Source of the DNA: Bacteroidota bacterium | GTDB lineage: Bacteria; Bacteroidota; Bacteroidia; Bacteroidales; FEN-979 | Direction: 5' to 3' | DNA length: 64,000 bases | Assembly (NCBI GenBank): GCA_026391795.1 | Contig: JAPLDI010000033.1 | Location: 1,598 to 65,597, forward strand | Part shown: in pieces, positions 1 through 8,391 of the stretch | How the letters are laid out: every line of letters starts with the position of its first letter | Position numbering within the stretch: the stretch's first letter is position 1 | Notes under the pieces: model-generated | Seen by the model: the letters and a program-made list of their open reading frames with translations, nothing else | Databases searched by the model: none | Told to the model about the DNA's origin: nothing | Translations under genes and position numbers: made by a program

Positions 1-2
1 TG

Positions 3-875
3 GGATTTGCCATGAACAAAATTGATGCGGGTGAAGGTCTTTTCAGTACCAACCGAACGATCAACAATTACCGCTACATGTCGTACCTGTGGGCCAGCAA
101 ACGGTTATTTGACAAACAGCTTTCTCTTACTTTTACGAATATTTTTTCAGCCAATGATAACGGGGAAGATTTGTCAGTGCTTTACGGTCAGAATACGCTG
201 GGCCTGGAAAGCTGGCTGGCACTTGACGACTGGAACTTCGACCTTGCCGGTTATTACCAGTTCGGACATGTTATCGATGGACGGAAGCTGAGTGCCTGGT
301 ACGGTGCAGCCTATGTTAGTTACAGTCCGGCATCCTGGCTGACCCTTATGCCGGCATACGAATACATGAGCGGGGATAATTTCAGGGATTCTGCTGAATG
401 GAACAGGGTGGAACACGGGTTCAGCATCCTTTACGGGCACATGACCCGGTCATTCGGCCACTCGGGTGTCCTGACAAACGGCTTCCGTCCAAACAGTCAT
501 CCCGGCCTCAACAACCTCTATTTCACGATGACCTTCGACATTCTTGACAATCTTTCCATCGAGGCGTCGTATCACTGGTTCAGCCTGGCAGATCCCCATC
601 TCCGTAAATTCGATCCCGACAGCCTGAAGATCACCATCGTCGATGTGCCAAAAAGTTTATTACACCAGGCCGAACTGACATTTACCTATAACCCGGTGCC
701 TGCGGTTACACTGACACTGGATTACCAGCTTCTCTTCCCGGGTACCGGAATGAAGAATTATGGTGGCTGGAATTTCAGTCCCGGTACACCTGTCTCTTCT
801 GCCTATATAGAGGTGGAATGGACTCCTGTTTTTTATCCGCATAAAAAGAGACATGCTGTGACGCACGATGCGTGA
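3..875 (+). CDS. Outer-membrane beta-barrel protein (alginate-export/porin-like), 5' end cut by the window edge
   Basis: The frame is open to nt 3 with no upstream stop. Alternating aromatic/Gly-rich beta-strand pattern. The family guess is from memory only. Confidence 0.45.
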   Translation, partial: GFAMNKIDAGEGLFSTNRTINNYRYMSYLWASKRLFDKQLSLTFTNIFSANDNGEDLSVLYGQNTLGLESWLALDDWNFDLAGYYQFGHVIDGRKLSAWYGAAYVSYSPASWLTLMPAYEYMSGDNFRDSAEWNRVEHGFSILYGHMTRSFGHSGVLTNGFRPNSHPGLNNLYFTMTFDILDNLSIEASYHWFSLADPHLRKFDPDSLKITIVDVPKSLLHQAELTFTYNPVPAVTLTLDYQLLFPGTGMKNYGGWNFSPGTPVSSAYIEVEWTPVFYPHKKRHAVTHDA

Positions 876-937
876 TGGGTGATGTGAGATGGGTGATGCG
901 TGATGCGAACAGCGAAATTCCGCGTCACGCGTCACGA
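864..937. repeat. 7-nt periodic tract (nGTGATG)x6, then (CGCGTCA)x2
   Basis: CACGATG CGTGATG GGTGATG TGAGATG GGTGATG CGTGATG (864-905), overlapping the stop codon at 873-875. CGCGTCA CGCGTCA at 921-934. Confidence 0.8.
893..935. terminator. 15-bp hairpin between convergent genes, built from inverted heptamer tracts
   Basis: 893-907 GTGATGCGTGATGCG pairs with 921-935 CGCGTCACGCGTCAC (13-nt loop). The plus-strand RNA has two G-U pairs; the minus-strand RNA has two A-C mismatches. Confidence 0.5.
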
Positions 938-939
938 TT

Positions 940-3900
940 TTACTCCGTCTTCACCAGTTTGATCATCCTGAATTCATTCCCGATCGTCACCCTGATCATG
1001 TAGACGGCTGCCGGAAGGGCTGAGATATCAACCACTGTTTTCCGCTCCGTAACCGGAACCTTTTTTACTACCTCTCCCTGAACGTCAAATATATCCAGTG
1101 AACTCTTCATCCCGAAGGAATAATCAGGAAATTCAACGGTAAAATTATTGGTAGCCGGGTTCGGGTAGATGATGACGGACAACCCTGAAATGTTCTTTGG
1201 AACTCCCGTTACCGTATTGATGGTAACAGTCAGTTTTTCACCCGACCAGAGGGAGATCCCGCAGGTATTCGAGGATTTGACTTTAATATGCGCACTCCCG
1301 AGGTAAGAGGGGGTCCATGTCACGGTCCCGGTAAGCCCGGATCCGCTGATGCTACCGGCACCTGCAGGGGTAATATCCCAGGTATAGGAATCGGCATTAG
1401 CTGCAGGGGTTGTCAAATAATCCGAATGAGATACATAGTAAAGGTCAACTGTATCCGGTCCCGACGGGGTGGCCGGGATGGCCGGCATCTGGATGACTGT
1501 CACCACGGTTGGAAAGGAGGTTGCAAAACATCCGAACCCGTCTGTTACGGTGACCGTGTAGCTTCCTGAAACTGATACCGTGATGCTTTGGGTGGTCTCG
1601 CTGTTGCTCCATAGATAGGAGGCTCCGGGGCTGGATGTAAGGGTAACCGAATTACCGGTGCAGAAGGTGGTGGGTCCGCCTGGCGTAATCGTTGCAGCGG
1701 GCAGCGAATGGATCGTCACTGCGTGGATGATGGTATCCGAACATCCGGAACTGCTTGCCACGATCAGCTGTACATTGAATATTCCGGAAGCGCTGAAGGT
1801 ATGAGACGGGTTCTCCAGGATTGACGTGTTGTTTGTACCGCTTGCGGGATCCCCGAAATTCCAGTTCCAGCCATTGAGTGAGCCTCCTCCGTTCGTTTGG
1901 GAGTTGTCCATGAACTGAACATTCTGCCCGTCACAGTTATTGGCGGGGAATGAGAAATCGGCAATGGGCTGCGGTGAAACAGTCACATTATAGACTGTGG
2001 GAGTGGGGGCTGAACATCCCCCCGAATTGGTGTAGTTGACACTCACCGTCTGTGCCCCTGCAAGGGTCCAGGTAACGGTGATCTGGGAAGTTCCGGATCC
2101 GGCCGTGATTGTTCCCCCTGAGGATACCGACCAGGTATAGCCTGTCATGCCTGTCTCGGTAGTATAAGTGATGCCTGTTGTTCCCGCACAGACCGAAGAA
2201 GCACCTGTAATAGTCGGAACCGGTGCAGTGCAGTTGATGAAGACGGGGGTCTGCCAGAGTCCCCTGCCGAAAGTGGCAGCCCTTAAGATACTGTTCTGCG
2301 GATTGGCGGCATAATAAATTTCGAGTTCCCCGATCTTCACATTAGGTAACCCGGTGTTGTAAGGGATCCAGTTGTCGGTACCCTTTTTGAAATAAACGCC
2401 CAGTTCGGTTCCCACATAAAGCTGGACTTCGGAGGCGGATTGTTTGTTCTGAACCACTGCATAGGCCGGGAGCTGGGGAAGTCCGGTCGAGATGTTGGTC
2501 CAGTTACTCCCCCCGTCAATGGACTGGTAACAGGTAGTGGTATTGTACCCGCCAAGGGTGACCCAGAGCGTGAGCGGGTCGTCGTTCTTTACAGCTATGT
2601 AGGTAATGCTGCCGGATCCAACTGGCAATGTTCCGGTGATGACTGACCAGGAGGTTCCCCCGTTTGTGGTTTTCCAGATGACGGAGGGATCCGCTACATA
2701 GATATACTGGTTGTTCGACGGGGCAATGGCCATGGAGCGGATCTTGTTCGAGGTGTTCATCGTCGATATTTTCGTCCATCCGTTACCCCTGTTGGTTGTT
2801 TTCCAGACATCGGAGTAGCCGGCATACAATACCTGGGCATTGGTCGGGTCGATGATGTAAGGCGTAACCCAGGCACCGCTTCCGGCACCGCTGGGCTCAA
2901 TGGCTGTGGCACTGGTCCAGTGATTCATGGTCCTGTCTATCTGCCCGTTCACATACGTCCCGTATTGAATATTAACATCTGTAAAATCGATCAGGCATTC
3001 CATGCCGTCACCTCCTTTGACATCCTCCCATACTCCTCCTGATAATAATTTTGTCCCGTTGTCCTGCAGTCCGGTTATCGTTTCTGTGGAAACGGTTACG
3101 GAAACTCCGAGCTTGTACATCTGGCTTACGACAATGCCGTTGGTTTTGTCCGTCCAGCCTGTTCCGTTATTGGTGGAAATATAGACGCCCCCGTCGTTTG
3201 TTTCGAACAGGTCGCCGTTCGAACGGAAGGAGAGGTCGTGTTTGTCGGCATGAACCGCCGGAACACCGTCGCCCCACCAGTGGTTCACGATCGACCATGA
3301 AGTTCCGCCGGTTGTTGAACGCCAGGTGTTCACACCACCTACGAGCAGCGTGCTGGCATTTGAAGGAGAAACGGCAAGACACAGGTCGTACCAGCCCTGT
3401 CCCCCGGCATCAAGACCGTCGGAGTTCCATCCCAGCAGGTTCAAAGTGGTACCGGCAAATACCTGGGAATAACTGGCGCCGCTGTTTGTCGATTTATAGA
3501 TCCCGTAAAGTCCGCTGGCTGAGTTGGCAGCAATTGCATATACCCACGTAGGCTGATTGGGAGAGACTCCAAGCTCGATCCGGTAGGCGGCAGCATCATA
3601 GAAGGCCTGTGCCCAGGAGGTCCCGCCGTTTGTGGAGATATAGATCCTTCCGGAAGTGGTGGAGGCATAGAGCGTATTGAAATCGCCGGGCTTGGCTTCC
3701 ATGTCAATGAAACTCGTAGATGTCAGCTGGGTGTTCCAGGTGGTACCGCCGTTGGTGGTTTTATAGACTCCGCCGGAAGTGGCGGCAAGGATGACCTGGT
3801 TGTTGTTCGGGTCACCCAGGAGACGGTATACCATGGCCCCGGCCTGGATGGTGTAGCTGAGTCCCGTGCTGCTCCATGTGGATCCGCCGTTTGTCGACTT

Positions 3901-4539
3901 CAGCACACCGATGCTCCGGTTATCCCAGTGATCTTTATCGCCGGTGGCGATGTAAATCGTATTTGAAGAAGCATAATCGGTTGGAATAAAAATATCACTT
4001 ACCGCGAGGACCCCGTTGTTGTCGGTCAGGCAGGTCCAAGTTGTGCCGTTGTTTGTCGTTGTCCACAATCCGCCGGCTGCTGCACCCACCCAATAAGTAT
4101 TGGTGTTTGAAGGATGGAACGCAACGCAATTCAATCGGCCGATGCCGGCATACCCGCCCGCGGAGCTGCTTGTTCCCAGGCTTGTCCAGTTGGCTGAACT
4201 GGCAGGGTTCATGCCGGGATTCAATTTCAGGTATTCCTCGTATATTTCCTGTGCCGTCCTCGTCGGGAATGCGCCGGTGGTGGGGTTTACCCTTCCTTCC
4301 ATATCATACTCCCAGCGCTTGAACTGTTTCCAGCCCACCGCTTTTTTCTTCACCCCGTTCTCCAGATAGGTTCCCGCATCGACGTTGTAGGGAGCCCAGT
4401 AATCATTAAAGGCCTTCTGGTAGTCGAAAAGGGTCAGTTCTGATTTCGTTTTTGACTGAGGAAGATTGTTCATCCAGTTCTGGGAGAACAGCATCGTCGT
4501 AACAAATGCCAATGCAAGAAAGAGAAAGGTTTTTTTCAT
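940..4539 (-). CDS. Large secreted BNR/Asp-box beta-propeller protein with Ig/PKD-like modules and a T9SS C-terminal sorting domain
   Basis: 1199-aa ORF with signal peptide MKKTFLFLALAFVTTMLFSQ. Many Asp-box-like motifs (STNGGSTW, TTNGGTTW, STNGGTSW, SIDGGSNW). CTD: IYPNPATNNFTVEF...AAVYMIRV...KLVKTE. Confidence 0.8.
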   Translation of the reverse strand: MKKTFLFLALAFVTTMLFSQNWMNNLPQSKTKSELTLFDYQKAFNDYWAPYNVDAGTYLENGVKKKAVGWKQFKRWEYDMEGRVNPTTGAFPTRTAQEIYEEYLKLNPGMNPASSANWTSLGTSSSAGGYAGIGRLNCVAFHPSNTNTYWVGAAAGGLWTTTNNGTTWTCLTDNNGVLAVSDIFIPTDYASSNTIYIATGDKDHWDNRSIGVLKSTNGGSTWSSTGLSYTIQAGAMVYRLLGDPNNNQVILAATSGGVYKTTNGGTTWNTQLTSTSFIDMEAKPGDFNTLYASTTSGRIYISTNGGTSWAQAFYDAAAYRIELGVSPNQPTWVYAIAANSASGLYGIYKSTNSGASYSQVFAGTTLNLLGWNSDGLDAGGQGWYDLCLAVSPSNASTLLVGGVNTWRSTTGGTSWSIVNHWWGDGVPAVHADKHDLSFRSNGDLFETNDGGVYISTNNGTGWTDKTNGIVVSQMYKLGVSVTVSTETITGLQDNGTKLLSGGVWEDVKGGDGMECLIDFTDVNIQYGTYVNGQIDRTMNHWTSATAIEPSGAGSGAWVTPYIIDPTNAQVLYAGYSDVWKTTNRGNGWTKISTMNTSNKIRSMAIAPSNNQYIYVADPSVIWKTTNGGTSWSVITGTLPVGSGSITYIAVKNDDPLTLWVTLGGYNTTTCYQSIDGGSNWTNISTGLPQLPAYAVVQNKQSASEVQLYVGTELGVYFKKGTDNWIPYNTGLPNVKIGELEIYYAANPQNSILRAATFGRGLWQTPVFINCTAPVPTITGASSVCAGTTGITYTTETGMTGYTWSVSSGGTITAGSGTSQITVTWTLAGAQTVSVNYTNSGGCSAPTPTVYNVTVSPQPIADFSFPANNCDGQNVQFMDNSQTNGGGSLNGWNWNFGDPASGTNNTSILENPSHTFSASGIFNVQLIVASSSGCSDTIIHAVTIHSLPAATITPGGPTTFCTGNSVTLTSSPGASYLWSNSETTQSITVSVSGSYTVTVTDGFGCFATSFPTVVTVIQMPAIPATPSGPDTVDLYYVSHSDYLTTPAANADSYTWDITPAGAGSISGSGLTGTVTWTPSYLGSAHIKVKSSNTCGISLWSGEKLTVTINTVTGVPKNISGLSVIIYPNPATNNFTVEFPDYSFGMKSSLDIFDVQGEVVKKVPVTERKTVVDISALPAAVYMIRVTIGNEFRMIKLVKTE

Positions 4540-4659
4540 GGGATTGAGATTATCGGAGTTTTTTTTGTATTCATGGCGAGGGGCCGGAAGTGCAGTTGAA
4601 TCAGGGTATAAAATTACAAAATTCCCTGTAAACTGTCAAACTATTTCAGTTGATAATTT

Positions 4660-4743
4660 CCTCCATCCTCCATTCTCCATCTTCCATCCTCCGTTTTCTG
4701 ACCTCGGTCCTCCGACCTCCGGCCTCCATCTTCCATCCTCCGT
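4660..4743. repeat. 12 x 7-nt tract (CCTCCAT / CCTCCGA variants); GGAGG-rich on the minus strand
   Basis: Exact 7-nt phase from 4660 to 4743, abutting the stop codon (4744-4746) of the Ycf48-like gene. Confidence 0.85.
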
Positions 4744-5985
4744 CTACTGTTTCACGAATTTTCCGATATCAACAGACAGGTCATCGGTCACTGTGACAAA
4801 ATAAACTCCGGGGGGAAGGGCGGAGATATCCACAAGGGTCCTGCATCCCTGAACCCTGAGGGAAAAAAGCTCCTGTCCGCAGGGGTTCAGAATGGATAAC
4901 CGGCTGTTGTTCCTGCCTGCTGCTGTTTCAATGGTTACCTCATCTTTTGCCGGGTTGGGGCAGATGGACAATGTGTTTGATTTTGAGGAGGGGGAAGGCA
5001 ACCCGACAAAAAAACCTCCGCCATTTGTTGTTTTCAGGATGATCCCGTTATCGCCGGCAATGTAGCCTGTGCTGTCGTTTGTAAAGCGGACCGAATTGAG
5101 TCCCATCGATGTCCCGGAGCTCTGCTTTGCCCAGTAATCACCACCGTTTGTGGTCTTTATCAGGGTTCCGGCGCTGCCTACGGCATACCCGTTATTGGCA
5201 TCTGTAAAATAGACTGAATTTAAAAAATTGGAATCCGGAGATGCCTGGGTCATCCAGCCGGTTCCTCCATTCGTGGTTTTAAGGATGATGGAACCGACAT
5301 CATAATGTCCGGCGCCAAAATAATGGATATAATAACCTACGGCATATCCGGTATCCCTGCTCGTAAAATAGAGGGAGTTGAATCCATCATCGAAATCAGT
5401 ATTTGTCCAGGAATTCGCGTAATTATTGGTTCTCAGGATGGTCCCGTCGGTTGAAGCGTAAGGGTGCACATAGTAATTGCCGGCTGTGTATCCATTGGCT
5501 GCATTGACAAAATAAACCGTATAGAAATTCTTTCCGCTTGCTTCTGTCCAGATTGTCCAGAGAGCCCCCCTGTTTGTTGTTTTTAAAATTGTGCCAAAGT
5601 CCCCGGCGACATAACCCGTGTCGGCATCGATAAAAAAAACGGACCTCAGGGAATTAGCTGTTCCACAGGATAACGAATCCCAGGATGCACCGCCGTCACT
5701 GGTTTTGATGAGGGTCCCGAAATTCCCTGCGGCATAGCCGGTAAGTGAACTGGTGAAGAAAACGGAGTTTAAATCTTCAGTGGTTCCGCTGGATAATGTA
5801 CTCCAGGTCATGCCTTCATCAATTGTTTTTATGATCGTTCCGGAATAGCCCACAGCGTAACCTGTATCGGCACTGGTAAAGAAGACGGACTTCAGGTTGT
5901 TGACTGTCCCGCTTGGTACTATATTCCATTGAGCGAATACCCCAACCTGGAGAAGAGAAAATAACAGGCAGAAAAGATTTTTCAT
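4744..5985 (-). CDS. Ycf48/BNR-repeat beta-propeller protein with T9SS C-terminal sorting domain
   Basis: Repeated KT(T/S)(D/N)GG..W motifs. CTD: CPNPAKDEVTIE...GVYFVTV...KFVKQ. I chose the start at the signal peptide MKNLFCLLFSLLQVGVFAQ. The ORF-track start at 6033 lies inside the heptamer repeat. Confidence 0.75.
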   Translation of the reverse strand: MKNLFCLLFSLLQVGVFAQWNIVPSGTVNNLKSVFFTSADTGYAVGYSGTIIKTIDEGMTWSTLSSGTTEDLNSVFFTSSLTGYAAGNFGTLIKTSDGGASWDSLSCGTANSLRSVFFIDADTGYVAGDFGTILKTTNRGALWTIWTEASGKNFYTVYFVNAANGYTAGNYYVHPYASTDGTILRTNNYANSWTNTDFDDGFNSLYFTSRDTGYAVGYYIHYFGAGHYDVGSIILKTTNGGTGWMTQASPDSNFLNSVYFTDANNGYAVGSAGTLIKTTNGGDYWAKQSSGTSMGLNSVRFTNDSTGYIAGDNGIILKTTNGGGFFVGLPSPSSKSNTLSICPNPAKDEVTIETAAGRNNSRLSILNPCGQELFSLRVQGCRTLVDISALPPGVYFVTVTDDLSVDIGKFVKQ

Positions 5986-6021
5986 AGTTTTTGAATTGTA
6001 AAGTTGATCCACCCCTGACTT

Positions 6022-6077
6022 TTCATTCTTCATTCTTCATTCTTCATTCTTCATTCTTCATTCTTCATTCTTCATTT
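6022..6077. repeat. Perfect microsatellite (TTCATTC)x7 plus one variant
   Basis: 49 nt of perfect heptamer repeat at 6022-6070, then TTCATTT. Lies between the predicted -7 box and the start codon at 5985. Confidence 0.9.
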
Positions 6078-6088
6078 GCAACCTCATC

Positions 6089-6096
6089 CAAATATA
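6089..6096 (-). promoter_or_regulatory. Bacteroidota sigma-A type -7 box (TATATTTG on the minus strand)
   Basis: The complement of 6089-6096 reads TATATTTG. It lies just upstream of the (GAATGAA)n tract and the 5985 start codon, so the tract would fall in the 5' leader. Confidence 0.45.
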
Positions 6097-6432
6097 CAAG
6101 AAATAATTTCACATTACCCCGGTTTTGCAAAGGATCGATTTTTTGGAATTGGAAAGGGGAAAAATATTTCTCCCGGGATATCCTTTTTCTATGGAGGACA
6201 GGTTTGTTATCAAATCGACCAACAGCTGTATAAATTTATAATCCAGATTTTATGATAACAGGTTATACTCCCTGCTAAGGTTGGCAGGGATAAACCATAA
6301 ATATTCTGGAATGAAAAAAATCATGATTTTGATGTTCTGTTGGGCAGGCAGCTTGCCGGTCTTTGCACAGGATGCACAAATTTCCCAGCTCACAGGCAGG
6401 CTCACCTTGCGTTGCGGGAAGTTTTAATGAAC

Positions 6433-6488
6433 CGGCAGTCGGCAGTCGGCAGTCAGCAGTCGGCAGTCGCGTCACGCGTTACGCGTTA
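6433..6488. repeat. 7-nt tract (CGGCAGT)x5 (one variant), then (CGCGTYA)x3
   Basis: In-phase heptamers 6433-6488. The last unit overlaps the aspA stop codon. Confidence 0.85.
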
Positions 6489-7475
6489 CGTTCTCGCCGG
6501 CCCTATCATATTCTCCGGCGCCAGTATGCGGTCAAGTTCTTCCTTTGTCAACAACTTGTGTTTGAGTACAAGGTCATAGACACTCCCATCGGTTTCCTGT
6601 GCTTCCTTTGCGATCATGCTGCTGTTCTCATAACCGATATAGGGATTGAGTGCAGTGACAAGCCCGATGCTGTGTTCCACCATCCTGCGGCAATGCCCGG
6701 CATTGGCTGTGATGCCTTCGATGCAACGCACCCGGAGCGTCTCCATGCCGTTCTTCAGCATCTCGATCGACTCAAACAGGCTCTGCACAATAACAGGTTC
6801 CATCACGTTCAGTTCGAGTTGTCCGGCCTCCGCGGCAAAGCTGATGGTGAGATCGTTCCCGATGACCTTGAAGGCTACCTGGTTCACTACTTCCGGGATC
6901 ACCGGGTTTACCTTGCCCGGCATGATGGTCGATCCGGGCTGCATGGGCGGGAGGTTGATCTCATGCAGTCCGGCACGCGGACCCGAAGAGAGCAGGCGCA
7001 AGTCGTTGCAGATCTTTGACAGTTTGATCGCCAGCCGCTTCACTGCCGATGAATACATGACATAGGCCCCGGCATCCTGGGTGGCTTCAACAAGGTTGGG
7101 GGCAAGTTTGATATCATAGCCTGTCAGTTCGCGCAGGTGAAACACCACCCTGTCGCTGTAGCCCGGTTCGGCATTGAGGCCTGTACCGATGGCCGTTCCG
7201 CCCATGTTCACCTCGAGAAAGAGCGTTACATTCTGGTTCAGCCGCTCCACTTCTTCATCCAGCGTGGTGGCAAAGGCCCCGAAGGTCTGACCCAGGGTCA
7301 TCGGCACTGCATCCTGCAGCTGGGTGCGCCCCATCTTCAGAACCCCCGCAAATTCAGTCTCCTTTTTCCGCATGGCACCCACGAGACCCGAAAGGACCTT
7401 CACCAGCGTCTCATTGCTTTTGATCAGGGCGATCCGGATGGAGGTGGGATAAACGTCGTTGGTCGACTGCGACAT
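6486..7475 (-). CDS. aspA: Aspartate ammonia-lyase, C-terminal two-thirds (downstream segment of an interrupted gene)
   Basis: SQSTNDVYPT, the fumarate-lyase signature GSTIMPGKVNPVIPEVVNQVAFKVIGND, and AAEAGQLELNVMEPVI. Close to my recollection of E. coli AspA. Confidence 0.85.
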   Translation of the reverse strand: MSQSTNDVYPTSIRIALIKSNETLVKVLSGLVGAMRKKETEFAGVLKMGRTQLQDAVPMTLGQTFGAFATTLDEEVERLNQNVTLFLEVNMGGTAIGTGLNAEPGYSDRVVFHLRELTGYDIKLAPNLVEATQDAGAYVMYSSAVKRLAIKLSKICNDLRLLSSGPRAGLHEINLPPMQPGSTIMPGKVNPVIPEVVNQVAFKVIGNDLTISFAAEAGQLELNVMEPVIVQSLFESIEMLKNGMETLRVRCIEGITANAGHCRRMVEHSIGLVTALNPYIGYENSSMIAKEAQETDGSVYDLVLKHKLLTKEELDRILAPENMIGPART

Positions 7476-7477
7476 AT

Positions 7478-8341
7478 TTACATGGTTGTTGGGATGACAG
7501 AACTGGTATTCACCCTTCTGGTGACCCAGGAGATCTCGAGGGCACTGTTGGCGATCACCTCGTTGGCGTTCATATTGGTGGATGTGCCTGCGCCTCCCTG
7601 TATCATGTCAACCACAAAATGGTTGCGGAAGTGATTGTTCAGGATCTCTTCCGAAGCTTTCAGGATGGCGTCGGTCAGGTCGTCGGGGAGCTGGCCGAGG
7701 TCGTGGTTGGCTTTGGCTGCAGCCATCTTCACGAGGGTGATCGCTTCGATGAATACAGGGAATGCGCTGAGCCGGATGCCGCTGATGTTGAAGTTTTCAA
7801 GGGCACGCAGGGTCTGTATTCCGAAATAATGTTCAAAAGGCACCTCCCGGGTACCGAGAAGGTCATGCTCGCTTCGTGTCCGCCCCGATTCGTATTGTGC
7901 CGTTTCAGAAACGTGCTGGTTGTTGGCATACCGGAGCCTGCGGGAGATGATCCTCGAGGTATTCGACATCACCTTGATCCCGATGCCGGCATTTTTAATG
8001 AAAAACCCGGTGCCGGTGCAGAATACCTCCGCAGGAGTCAGTGCCCTCGCCGAGGTTGAATGCGGATAGTCGTCCATCAGGGAGCCTTCACCGAAAAAAT
8101 CCCCTTTTCCGAAGACCGTAAGGAGCGCCTCCCTGCCTTCTGCATCCTTTTTAAAAAGTTCAACCTTCCCGTTCAGAAGGATGAAAATCTCGCGCCGGGG
8201 TTCATTTTCCCTGAATAGCTCGCCCCCGGCAGGGTAGACCTTCGTACTCGACTGGCTGATCACAGTGGCGGTCTCATCCGGTGTGAGTCCTTTGAAAAGG
8301 TCCACCTGTGAAAGAAAACTGATGGTTTCTGTCTGGTTCAT
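7478..8341 (-). CDS. aspA: Cyclic-nucleotide-binding domain fused to the N-terminal part of aspartate ammonia-lyase (upstream segment of an interrupted gene)
   Basis: The N-terminal ~140 aa are cNMP-binding-like (FLSQVDLFKGL...GELFRENEP...FFGEGSL). They are followed by the AspA N-terminus DLLGTREVP...GGAGTSTNMNANEVIAN. The frame breaks at ALEI. Confidence 0.75.
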   Translation of the reverse strand: MNQTETISFLSQVDLFKGLTPDETATVISQSSTKVYPAGGELFRENEPRREIFILLNGKVELFKKDAEGREALLTVFGKGDFFGEGSLMDDYPHSTSARALTPAEVFCTGTGFFIKNAGIGIKVMSNTSRIISRRLRYANNQHVSETAQYESGRTRSEHDLLGTREVPFEHYFGIQTLRALENFNISGIRLSAFPVFIEAITLVKMAAAKANHDLGQLPDDLTDAILKASEEILNNHFRNHFVVDMIQGGAGTSTNMNANEVIANSALEISWVTRRVNTSSVIPTTM

Positions 8342-8391
8342 TTCAGTATGGTTATTAGAATATGATGATTCGAATTTAGTGAAATCCCTTT

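Noticed and set aside
1288-4369. Numerous 60-170-aa ORFs on both strands inside 940-4539 (for example 3051-3551), and similar ones inside the other large cargo genes.
   Set aside because: They are shadow ORFs within long, motif-supported coding regions and have Arg/Pro/Ser-rich off-frame composition.
6311-6427. 38-aa plus-strand ORF MKKIMILMFCWAGSLPVFAQDAQISQLTGRLTLRCGKF with a good signal peptide.
   Set aside because: It could be the 5' remnant of a decayed secreted or TonB-receptor-type gene, ending where the heptamer tract begins. It is too short and unsupported to call as a gene or pseudogene.
6340-7634. Plus-strand ORFs 6340-6579, 6363-7019, 6646-7065 and 7137-7634.
   Set aside because: They are antisense to the strongly supported aspartase gene or run through heptamer tracts, and their composition is Arg/His-rich shadow-frame.
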